From Candidatus Heimdallarchaeota archaeon (lineage in GTDB: Archaea; Asgardarchaeota; Heimdallarchaeia; JABLTI01), in NCBI GenBank assembly GCA_030614005.1, contig JAUWKS010000003.1, forward strand, positions 83,548 to 115,547: 32,000 nucleotides of DNA, written 5' to 3'. Below, piece by piece: positions 9,394 through 18,608 of this stretch. Under the pieces are notes generated by a model. That model had not been told where the DNA came from, made no database searches, and worked only from the letters and a program-made list of their open reading frames with translations. Numbering within the stretch: position 1 is the stretch's first letter; each line of letters begins with the position of its first letter. Both the position numbers and the translations under genes were made by a program.

Positions 9394-10200
9394 TCAATCT
9401 CTGCCCAATGATTTTGTTTTAGCTCGTAACTGAACTCCTTCGTGTTCTGGATAAGTTTTTGCCATACGCTCTAATTCTTCGTTCAGTTCAGCGACTAAAT
9501 CAATATGTTCTTCATTTTTCTTGAATGCAGTCATAGCTGTTACAATACCATTAGCTCTTTGTAAAATGAAATCTTCATCATCTGGAAATTCTGATGTCAA
9601 GTCCATTAATTCGTCTAAAAGGGGGATGGCAAATTTGTATTCTTTCATCTTACTTAGATAACCCATCGCGTTGACTAACCCTTTAACTAAAGCTAATTGT
9701 ATTTCATTATTCTCACTGTGAGCATTACCAAGTGCTAGTAATTCGTTAATGAGTTGTTTTATTGGTTCTATCAACTCTCGTTGACCAAAATTAATGATTG
9801 AATTTACGAGTCCACCTGCAAGAGATCTCTGGCAGAACATATTCATAGGATACGTTCTTGCAAACATTCGAAGCTCTTCAAGACGCTCATACATAGAATC
9901 GAATTTTTGTTTTTTCATTAAATATGACATAGAATTTGCAAGTGCAGTGGAAAATTGATTTTGAACTTCTTCGATGTCACCATATTCTGCAACAATCTCT
10001 CTAAATCGTATTAATACTAGATCAATTCCTTCTGGATCACCTGACATACCAAAAATAGTAATAGTGTTTACTAGACCTTTGGCATAGCGTAATAGATTCA
10101 TTTGATCTTTGGGATTATCTGCTGCTTTCTGACGCATATCTTCTAGTTGACCCATTGTTCTATCATAGAACTCTTGCCGTTTTTTATCTTCATCAGTCAT
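9394..10200 (-). CDS. Alpha-solenoid protein with 44-aa tandem helical repeats
   Basis: Motifs AKGLVN, STALAN, AGGLVN, VKGLVN and ANGIVT recur exactly 44 residues apart. AGGAGA upstream of the ATG at 10200 (the ORF track's TTG start is at 10233). Confidence 0.8.
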   Translation of the reverse strand: MTDEDKKRQEFYDRTMGQLEDMRQKAADNPKDQMNLLRYAKGLVNTITIFGMSGDPEGIDLVLIRFREIVAEYGDIEEVQNQFSTALANSMSYLMKKQKFDSMYERLEELRMFARTYPMNMFCQRSLAGGLVNSIINFGQRELIEPIKQLINELLALGNAHSENNEIQLALVKGLVNAMGYLSKMKEYKFAIPLLDELMDLTSEFPDDEDFILQRANGIVTAMTAFKKNEEHIDLVAELNEELERMAKTYPEHEGVQLRAKTKSLGRD

Positions 10201-10375
10201 AACTTTTTCTCCTGTATTTTCAGAGGATGCCAAACTCTTGTTTATTTTCTATCTTTCTTTATAAATTCTTTTTCTTCCATAACGGGAAATGATTGATTAT
10301 TTAAATTTGTCCGTATACAACATCTCTGCCATTTTTTTTCAACAATTGTTTGTTTTTTTACCTTAAACTATCAAT

Positions 10376-11479
10376 CTATAAAATGTTAATAGTGTCTTTC
10401 AAAGCTATCAAGAATTTATTATTATTCTCTTTTGATGTGATTGTCATTCTTAAGCAATTCTCGCAAAGTGGTACAGCACTCATATTTCTAATGAGGACAC
10501 CCGTGTTCTTAAGTAAATTATTCTGAATTTCATCAGCTTGGTAATCTTTTATCTTGAACATAATAAAATTGGTAAACGATTTGTAAGGAGTTATTTCAGC
10601 TATTTTTTGTAATTCTAGAAATATTCTCTCTCTTTCAGAGATGATGCCATTAGTTAAATCAGTCAGTACTTTATTTTCTTGAATGACTGCCTTGGCTAAT
10701 TCTAGAGATGCTACGTTTACATTGAATGCCGGGAGAAGCTCTTTTATTCTTGAAATTAAAAACTCATCTCCAAGCGCATAACCTATTCTCATGCCAGCCA
10801 TACCAAATAGTTTCGACATGCTTTTCATAATAATTAGATTAGGATAGTCATCCAGTGCTTTAACAAGAGAATATTGACCAAAATTAGAATACGTTTCGTC
10901 TAAAGCAACGATACCTGGGAATTCAGCAATAAGCTTACGTAGTTTTCCTTCATCAAATTGATTTCCTGTTGGATTGTTAGGTGAACAGAGAAATAGCAAT
11001 CGGTCCTTTTTTGGTGTTATATTGGATAATATGTAATCTGTATCAAGATCAAATTCAGGGGCAGGTGTTAAAAGAAATTCAGTCATCCCTCCACCTTGAA
11101 CTTTAGCTGCATGTTCATACATTGGATACGTAGGGTTGATAATAACTGCATTTTGGCCGGCAACAATCGTTAACCGCACCATTAAGTCAATGATTTTATC
11201 TCCACCATTTCCAATCACTACCTGGTTAGAATTTAGTGTATACTTTTCTGCAATTATTTCACACAAAGATTCACAATAATCTTCTGGATATATCCTTGGA
11301 TCGATTTTTGCTGCAACTTGTTTCATTAACTCTTTAATGACTTCTTCTGGAAAAGCTAGATTTTCATTTAAACCTATTCGAACAGTTACTTTTTCCTTAA
11401 TTTTAGCTGGCATGAATCCCCCTTTTCCTTGAAACGGGTCATTTACCATACCAGACAAATCGATTTTTTTCTCTTGCAT
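10376..11479 (-). CDS. hisC: Histidinol-phosphate aminotransferase family, class I/II PLP enzyme
   Basis: NEN, GNGGDKII, PTYPMY, LCSPNNPTG, DETY and SMSKLFGMAGMRIGY (PLP Lys). No other his genes in the window. Confidence 0.8.
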   Translation of the reverse strand: MQEKKIDLSGMVNDPFQGKGGFMPAKIKEKVTVRIGLNENLAFPEEVIKELMKQVAAKIDPRIYPEDYCESLCEIIAEKYTLNSNQVVIGNGGDKIIDLMVRLTIVAGQNAVIINPTYPMYEHAAKVQGGGMTEFLLTPAPEFDLDTDYILSNITPKKDRLLFLCSPNNPTGNQFDEGKLRKLIAEFPGIVALDETYSNFGQYSLVKALDDYPNLIIMKSMSKLFGMAGMRIGYALGDEFLISRIKELLPAFNVNVASLELAKAVIQENKVLTDLTNGIISERERIFLELQKIAEITPYKSFTNFIMFKIKDYQADEIQNNLLKNTGVLIRNMSAVPLCENCLRMTITSKENNNKFLIALKDTINIL

Positions 11480-11534
11480 TAATTATCAATTCCAATTATA
11501 TTCTGCTAGTTAAGCCCTTGTAAATGCTTTTTGG

Positions 11535-13931
11535 TTACTCGAGACCAAGTTCCTTTTTGACAGTATTTGTCCAAGCTTGGAACTTCATTCCATGTCTCAA
11601 TGGACCTATGAATTTAATTTGTTTGGACATATAAGCTGAAGCAGCATTAACTTCTCCTGTAAATATTCCTGCAGCAATTGATTTATCCATTTCAATTAGG
11701 ACATCATTCGTTTCTAGAATTCCTTCTCCGGTAGAAAATTTACCATTATCAATCTTTATCCAGAATCCAGGGCCTGGGATTATCTTAAATTGGAAATTCA
11801 ATTTTGATTTTTTAGATTTACTCTGAATTTTCTTATTTTCATTACAAATTTCCACCAACACTTCAAGATATTCAGGTATGTCTTCTAAACCAAAAGACCC
11901 TGACTTTACTTTGTTAACAATAATTCCACGTAATCCATCACCAAATGAAGAGTCATCCACTATTTTTGGTGGTTCTGCAGTTTCTAAAGTTAAGCTGATT
12001 TCATATCCTTCATGAATAGCATCGAGCATTTTTCTTACTCTTTTCCTTTTGCAATCACCAATCTTGAAAACTTTCGGAACGAGTTTCTTCAAATCATCCT
12101 CTATATCACAAAACGGTTTTGGTTCAGAGGCGATTACAATGGAATCAAATGAAACTATTTTTTCCTCAGTATCTTTCACTAAAATTGCTTCGTTCTTTTT
12201 GATTTCTTTAATTGACGTTCCAACATGGACCGTAATGAGTTTATTATCAAATGTTTGTTGCACTATTTCCGAACCTACGAGAGAATACAGATCAGCACCT
12301 AGAACTGAACTTTCTTCTACAATAATTACTGATTTACCTTTGCTAGTAAGATAATCTGCAACTTCAATACCAATCATTCCGCCGTTTAGAATAAGGACAG
12401 TATCTCCTTTGGGAATGTTTCCACTTAACACTTCTTCATAGGTAGAAATTTGATCCTCAATCATTCCAGCTATTACTGGGATTTGTATCTTAGATCCTGT
12501 AGCTAAAATTGCTACGTTGGGTTTAAAATCTTCAACTATCTTTTCGTTAAAAGCGGTGTTTAATTTAACTGGAATAGCTAATTTCTCAACAGTTTTTTCA
12601 TAATAATTTAGCACGTTATTAATTTCGGATTTCATTGGTGAAACTTTAGCTAATAATAAACTACCACCAATCTTATCCTTACTATCTATTAGCAGAACTT
12701 TGTGCCCTCTCAATTTTGCAACTCGAGCAGCTTCTAATCCACCCGGACCTGCACCAACGATTAACACTTTCTTAGAATCAGTTGTTCTTCCAATATCATC
12801 ATCTGTGCCTAGAACATTCGGATTTATTGCACACTTTAACGATTCTTCAATTAATATCTGATTTAAACAAGCGTTGCATGCTGGGCATACGATCATTTCA
12901 TCTCTTTTTCCTGCTTGTACTTTCTTTGGGAAAAAAGGATCTACTATTAGAGCTCTACCCATTGCTACAAGATCTGCCTTCCCTTCTTGCAATATTTTTT
13001 CTGCAATTTCTGGGGTATTTATTCTTCCGACTACACATACAGGTACTTTATCAACTGCTCTTTTGATTATCGCAGAATAGTCAGAATATACTCCTCGTGG
13101 AATATTCATAAATGGTACAACAGGATAATAGGGTGAATCAAAAATACCTGCAGTAATATTGATTAGATCCACTCCTTTTTTCTCAAGAGCAATAGCAATT
13201 TCTGCCATCTCCTCTACTTCGAGTCCTCCTTCAATATAATCCCTACAATTTAGTCTGAACCCAATAATGAAATCTTGCCCGCATTTATCCCTAATAGCAG
13301 CCAATATCTCGAGTGCAATTCTCATTCTGTTTTCTAATGAACCGCCATACTCGTCAGTCCTTTTGTTGTACAAAGGAGAAAAGAATTGATTAATTAAATA
13401 ACCATGCCCTGCGTGAATTTCTACTCCATCAAAACCTGCTTTTTTTACTCGCAAACAAGCTTGTGCATATTTGGCAGTTAATTTCTTAATCATTTTTTTT
13501 GTGAGTGGTTGAGGAATTACTCCTGTAAGTGTGCTTGGTACATCAGAAGGACCTACTATTTGTTCTCCAGTAATGAAACTTGTAGCTTGAATGCCTGCAT
13601 GATACACTTGTATCATTGCAAGTGCACCATATTTTTTTATGCTTTCAGCAACTTTCCGTAAGTGAGGTATCTTTCTATCACTTTCTGCACTGAGCATACG
13701 AAGAGTGCCGCGTCCAACAACATCGAAATAGGTTGCCTCAGCAATAATAAGTCCGGCACCACCTTTTGATCGCAATTCATAATATTTTAAATTACGTTCA
13801 GTAGCTTGACCTTTTTCATCCCCAAAATTCGTATCCATTCCTGGCATTACTATTCTATTTCTAATAGTTACATTTCCGATTGTAATAGGTTCAAATAGTT
13901 TCAATCTCTTCACCAACAATTTTGTTTTCAC
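11535..13931 (-). CDS. NADH:flavin oxidoreductase (OYE barrel + 4Fe-4S + FAD/NAD domain) with a C-terminal SCP2 lipid-binding domain
   Basis: LFEPITIGNVTIRNRIVMP, HAGHGYL, RTDEYGGSLENR, CPACNAC...CAINP, VGAGPGG and GGMIGIE motifs. The last ~100 aa match SCP2 (DVLIEMD...FTGEVNAASAYMSKQIKFIG). Start uncertain among several GTG/TTG codons. Confidence 0.88.
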   Translation of the reverse strand: MKTKLLVKRLKLFEPITIGNVTIRNRIVMPGMDTNFGDEKGQATERNLKYYELRSKGGAGLIIAEATYFDVVGRGTLRMLSAESDRKIPHLRKVAESIKKYGALAMIQVYHAGIQATSFITGEQIVGPSDVPSTLTGVIPQPLTKKMIKKLTAKYAQACLRVKKAGFDGVEIHAGHGYLINQFFSPLYNKRTDEYGGSLENRMRIALEILAAIRDKCGQDFIIGFRLNCRDYIEGGLEVEEMAEIAIALEKKGVDLINITAGIFDSPYYPVVPFMNIPRGVYSDYSAIIKRAVDKVPVCVVGRINTPEIAEKILQEGKADLVAMGRALIVDPFFPKKVQAGKRDEMIVCPACNACLNQILIEESLKCAINPNVLGTDDDIGRTTDSKKVLIVGAGPGGLEAARVAKLRGHKVLLIDSKDKIGGSLLLAKVSPMKSEINNVLNYYEKTVEKLAIPVKLNTAFNEKIVEDFKPNVAILATGSKIQIPVIAGMIEDQISTYEEVLSGNIPKGDTVLILNGGMIGIEVADYLTSKGKSVIIVEESSVLGADLYSLVGSEIVQQTFDNKLITVHVGTSIKEIKKNEAILVKDTEEKIVSFDSIVIASEPKPFCDIEDDLKKLVPKVFKIGDCKRKRVRKMLDAIHEGYEISLTLETAEPPKIVDDSSFGDGLRGIIVNKVKSGSFGLEDIPEYLEVLVEICNENKKIQSKSKKSKLNFQFKIIPGPGFWIKIDNGKFSTGEGILETNDVLIEMDKSIAAGIFTGEVNAASAYMSKQIKFIGPLRHGMKFQAWTNTVKKELGLE

Positions 13932-14088
13932 AAAACTATTTACTGCTAATTTCTACTAAACGTAATTAGTTATTATGATAAAAATTTATGTTAAAAATAA
14001 CCTCCAATTTTCAATTATTCAAGAAATAATTACATTATATTTTAAGATACCCCAAAATCCTTTTGAGAAGAAATAGTTCTTTTCAAAT

Positions 14089-16065
14089 ATGAAGCGCGCA
14101 AACTTTGATTTCACTGCTGAATGGTTTAGACTACTTTTGATTCTTATTAGTGGTTTACTTATAGGTGGGATAATGTTTCTTTTTAATAGTTTAACGGGAT
14201 TCTTTACTGCATTTACACTCATTATTCAAGTAGTGGTTATCATTGTCTTCTGTTTATGGTATTTGAGGTTAATTTTTGCTTATATAAAAGAACTAAGGAA
14301 AAAAAATCCCGAGAAAAAAGTCGGCGTTCCTCTTGGTTGGGCTATAGTAGGGTTAATTATTACTCTTATCAATTTCATTGTATGGATTGGACTCTCAGTT
14401 ATGATGTATAATTTTCCAAAAGTGGTTTTCTTTGTTCCAACTGCATTAGCAATGGTTCAAATTCTATACATCTTCATCAAAAGCAATAGACGAAATAATA
14501 AGGATTGGTTATTATTGACATACAATGCCTTTTCATTTCTCTATATCTTTATCTGGATGCTATTTGATTTTGGAGTAGATATGCCAGGTATATTGGGCGT
14601 TTTTAGTCATACAATTACTAGTGATGTAATGTGGTGGCAATTATTTTTCGTAAATACAGGAGCATTCTTTTCACCAACATTTATTTTTCCGCCCTATCTT
14701 TTAAATCCCAGATATTATTTCGCACAACCAGTGAGTGAATATCTTGCAGAGAAAAAAGCTTTGGAAGAAGAAAAAGATGTTTCAGTAGAAAAGGTTGAAT
14801 CCGAAAAACAAATCGAAGCTGCTGAAACTGAAGAAAGTGAGCAAGAAAAGATTTTACCAGGTGAAAGGAAACCATTTTTCGAGGAAAGAGAAAAACAAAG
14901 AAAAATTGATGAAGAAGTTACTGCAATAGAAAAAGAAATCTCAAGAATGAAAATTGATAAAGATGTACAACATGCAGAACATATAGGCTCAAGTGACATA
15001 TCCTTTTCATATAGACAATTTATTGCAAGATTTGATGTCTTTTTACGAACATTTTCTCTAAGTGTTATTTTAATTCTAATAGTACTTACTCCATTAATGT
15101 TTGCTGGAAATATTTCTATGAATGTATCTCCGGCTTATAATAAACTGGACTATGCACAAAGATCAGATATGGTTATTGCTGTTGATGGAAGCGTTTTCTC
15201 CTCCTATGATTTTGAGGGGAATTTCTCTTATTATTGGAACAATGAGTTGAACAATGAAATTGATCTTGCCAAGGAACTCCAAGTAACGCATCTGCGTTAT
15301 AACATTAAATCTAGAGTTTTGAACAATAACAAGTCAAAGCAAATACTTGATTCTGGTATTGCATTGATCCAAAGTCAAGGATTGAAGGTTATTTTGGCAG
15401 TAAGTGGTGATTTGTTTTTCCAAAAGAAAGAATTGATCAACAATATTTATAGTGATGCTATTACTTTCGCACAGGATTATCAACCTGATTATATGGTTGT
15501 CTACAATGAAATTAATGGTGAATTATTGAATAATATTAATGAAGCTTCTACATTAGATGATTGGTTACCTGCAATCGCGAATGTGACTAATAAAATTAAA
15601 TCACTTAGCCCCTCTACTAAGGTAGTTTCTTCTCTGCTAGCAACAAAGAATGGTTTAAGTGATTTACAAACAATGTTGGCTTATAATACCAGTTTGGATG
15701 TTATCAGTATTAGTTTTTATCCAATCTTCTTTGGATGGCGTTTCAATTTGTTAAAGGAATATAGCACTCTGTTCCATCAAGAAAGTTCGGGAGAAAAATT
15801 CTGGATTGGTGAAACGGGGATGGAAACATTGAACTATGGGGAAGAAGCTCAGGCTCGCTATTTAGCTAAAGTTCTTGATTTAGCAGCAAAAACAACTGAA
15901 CTAGATGCTGATGGTGTGTGCATTAAAAGTCTAATAGATAATCATGGATATACAATCGAGCATGGAATAACAAGTCATATGGGTCTTGTGTACTTCAATG
16001 GGAAGAAGAAAAAATCGTTTGATGCAGTAAAATATGCTGCAGAAGTGATATTTTCGATTGTATAA
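14089..16065 (+). CDS. Polytopic membrane protein with a C-terminal clan GH-A-like glycoside hydrolase barrel
   Basis: About 6 N-terminal hydrophobic segments, a Glu/Lys-rich linker and one further TM. The final domain has QPDYMVVYNEING (acid/base NE), DVISISFYP and KFWIGETG (nucleophile). Confidence 0.7.
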   Translation: MKRANFDFTAEWFRLLLILISGLLIGGIMFLFNSLTGFFTAFTLIIQVVVIIVFCLWYLRLIFAYIKELRKKNPEKKVGVPLGWAIVGLIITLINFIVWIGLSVMMYNFPKVVFFVPTALAMVQILYIFIKSNRRNNKDWLLLTYNAFSFLYIFIWMLFDFGVDMPGILGVFSHTITSDVMWWQLFFVNTGAFFSPTFIFPPYLLNPRYYFAQPVSEYLAEKKALEEEKDVSVEKVESEKQIEAAETEESEQEKILPGERKPFFEEREKQRKIDEEVTAIEKEISRMKIDKDVQHAEHIGSSDISFSYRQFIARFDVFLRTFSLSVILILIVLTPLMFAGNISMNVSPAYNKLDYAQRSDMVIAVDGSVFSSYDFEGNFSYYWNNELNNEIDLAKELQVTHLRYNIKSRVLNNNKSKQILDSGIALIQSQGLKVILAVSGDLFFQKKELINNIYSDAITFAQDYQPDYMVVYNEINGELLNNINEASTLDDWLPAIANVTNKIKSLSPSTKVVSSLLATKNGLSDLQTMLAYNTSLDVISISFYPIFFGWRFNLLKEYSTLFHQESSGEKFWIGETGMETLNYGEEAQARYLAKVLDLAAKTTELDADGVCIKSLIDNHGYTIEHGITSHMGLVYFNGKKKKSFDAVKYAAEVIFSIV

Positions 16066-16245
16066 TAGCCTATTTTCAATAAATGTTACCGAAAGTTTTT
16101 TTTAAATAAAAAAAATTCAACTTCTTTTGAGAATTGCCTAATCAAAGAGACAAAGCAGTTAAAAAGAGAACATATTTATTGTTATACTATAAAAGAAGGC
16201 AACAAAAGCACTTCAAGGAATATCCCAAAACTGAGGGAATGGTTC

Positions 16246-16803
16246 ATGAGTTTCCGTGAAAGAAGATTCAAAACATCAACTGAAAAAGACATTAAAATTA
16301 GATTGTTAAATTGGACAGATTTAAATGGAATTACAAAGTTCCATGGTGAATTATACGACTGCAATTATTTTGATTCCCCACCTAACACTACTCTAGAAGT
16401 TAGATATGTTTTACGTAATTTGGAAGCCAGGGAACTTGCTGGTGGCTTAAGCTTAATAGCTGAACACCAAAAAGAGGTTATTGCTGAAGCAACACTTGAG
16501 ACAAGTGTTTTTGGTATTCCAGTTCAGAAACATGTAGGAAAAATTGGTGTAGTTGTTTTACCAGAATGGAGACGCTTGGGAATAGGTACTGAATTAATTA
16601 CTGCATTAGAACACTTTGCAATAAGAAATGGTATCTTGACTCTTTGGACTCACTTCGAACGTGATTGTGAAGCGGAAGAAAATTTCTACACCGAAAAACA
16701 CAAGTATGTTAAAACAGGCTTACTTAAAAAAGCACTAATGCGCCAAAACAAACCTAAGGATCATTTAATTGTTCAGAAGGAGCTCCCAAGAGGCGGAATT
16801 TAA
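16246..16803 (+). CDS. GNAT family N-acetyltransferase
   Basis: Acetyl-CoA motif A: VVVLPEWRRLGIGTELI. GAGGGA upstream of the start. Confidence 0.85.
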   Translation: MSFRERRFKTSTEKDIKIRLLNWTDLNGITKFHGELYDCNYFDSPPNTTLEVRYVLRNLEARELAGGLSLIAEHQKEVIAEATLETSVFGIPVQKHVGKIGVVVLPEWRRLGIGTELITALEHFAIRNGILTLWTHFERDCEAEENFYTEKHKYVKTGLLKKALMRQNKPKDHLIVQKELPRGGI

Positions 16804-16964
16804 AGCTAAATTTTCTCTTCTTTTTACCCCTTATTTTTGGGTTTCCTATTTTTATTTCTATTTTTCTCAAAATTTATTTCTTTGTGCAATCTAGTCAAAG
16901 TTAGATACGATAATAAGAGTTAATAATGAAATGACAGTCTCGAGACAATCAGCTTATAAAAAAA

Positions 16965-18473
16965 GTGATGTTGTTAAAAATGAGTTCTTCAGATAAAACA
17001 AAACAGAAAATTGCTATTATTACGTTAATACAAGAAGGTGCTGTGAAAGTAGGTGGTGAACATGCTATGCTCTTTCCTTATGTTGAGCAAGTTATCAAAG
17101 CTGCTGAAACAGTACAAGAGAAATTGGAAATCATTCCTTACATCATCTCTCCTCGACCAAAGAATTTAGAAAAATTAGCTCGTGTAGAGGAGTTAAAAGA
17201 ACAAATGGATAAAATGAATAGTGGGCAAATGATTCTTGTTTCAAATGGTGCTGCTGGTCCTTATGCGAATCCATGGAATTGGGAACGCTATGGACATGAA
17301 AGCAATAAAGTAATGATAAAATTGGTAAAGGAGCGAGAGCTTGATGGTTTGATAATCATAGCTCATGGATATTCTAGTATCCCTGCAATTCTTGATATGG
17401 TAGCTTCTAAAGAAAGTGGTGCATATGGAAAAATACCAATAGCATGTTATTATGTAACCCATTCATCATTCGACGAGCACAAAGATAATCGTCCTCAAAG
17501 AAGAATTCTTGAGAGAGAAATACAAAACCATGCAAAAATGATTGCCATAAGTCCATACATGGCAAATCATTTGGCTGAAATAAAATTGATAGATGCCAGT
17601 GAAAATACTCTGCCATTATACAATGCATTACCAGATAAAGGATGGTTTTCAAATAAAATACCACATGAAGTTATTATTGAGCTCCTCAAAGAGCGAAATT
17701 CAAAAATTAATAAAGGACCATTCTTTGGAATTGAACTCCCACTTGATACTGTATTAAATGGCGAAAAAGAATTAGTGGTCTATTTTGGAAGAGCTCAAAA
17801 ATATGTTAAGGGAACAGATGCGGTTATTGTAGTAGCAAGAAATGATCCTAAACGTCATTATATGCTAATTTGTAGTGGATCAAGTGATGAGCTAAAATGG
17901 CATAAAGAACTCATTGAAGGTTTAGACAATGTTACACTTGCTTGGGAGCACAATTCCAAGCTTGTGTTAGGAATTATCCAGTTAACAGAGTGGAATACAA
18001 ATGCAAGAATCTATGCTATTTTTCTATCACGAAGAGAACCAATGGGTTTAGTTAGCAGGGAATTGATGTTAATGCAAACTGAGGGTTCTGTAATTCCAAT
18101 AGTATCGGATCATTGTGGATTTGAAGACGAAATGCAAAAAACCTATGGTTTTATTGTAACAAATCCAAGTTTGTGTGAAGATGATTCTGAGACAAGAAAG
18201 ACCAATTCTCAATTGTCAAAACAGGATGAAATATTCATAAACGATAGCTGTATAAAAGAGACATTAGTCGCATTGGATTCTCTAAGTGCTTTATCAACTG
18301 AGGACTTGAAAGAAAGAGTAAAAGCTTATGCAGATGCTGTGAAAAAATTCTATACCCAAAATAGATATTGGGCTTTTTATTTGCAAACAATAGCAAATGT
18401 TCTTCCTGAATATTCTAATTATATTGATAAACAATTAAAAGAAAACAATTTGGAAAAAGTTACTAACGTTTAA
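16965..18473 (+). CDS. Divergent GT-B glycosyltransferase, GT4-like
   Basis: N-terminal VGG, AISPYMANHL...LYNAL, YFGRAQKYVKG and the E-x7-E motif EPMGLVSRE. Alternative start ATG at 16980. Confidence 0.7.
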   Translation: MMLLKMSSSDKTKQKIAIITLIQEGAVKVGGEHAMLFPYVEQVIKAAETVQEKLEIIPYIISPRPKNLEKLARVEELKEQMDKMNSGQMILVSNGAAGPYANPWNWERYGHESNKVMIKLVKERELDGLIIIAHGYSSIPAILDMVASKESGAYGKIPIACYYVTHSSFDEHKDNRPQRRILEREIQNHAKMIAISPYMANHLAEIKLIDASENTLPLYNALPDKGWFSNKIPHEVIIELLKERNSKINKGPFFGIELPLDTVLNGEKELVVYFGRAQKYVKGTDAVIVVARNDPKRHYMLICSGSSDELKWHKELIEGLDNVTLAWEHNSKLVLGIIQLTEWNTNARIYAIFLSRREPMGLVSRELMLMQTEGSVIPIVSDHCGFEDEMQKTYGFIVTNPSLCEDDSETRKTNSQLSKQDEIFINDSCIKETLVALDSLSALSTEDLKERVKAYADAVKKFYTQNRYWAFYLQTIANVLPEYSNYIDKQLKENNLEKVTNV

Positions 18474-18608
18474 ACTATTTTTTCAAAGTTTTGCTGAAAA
18501 GCATAACTTTATTTTCTTCTTTTTAGTAATCAGCTCATACTTTGTTCGAGTTTGTATATTACATCATATTCATTAAACAAATAATTTCTCCTTTGGAGTT
18601 ACATTAAA

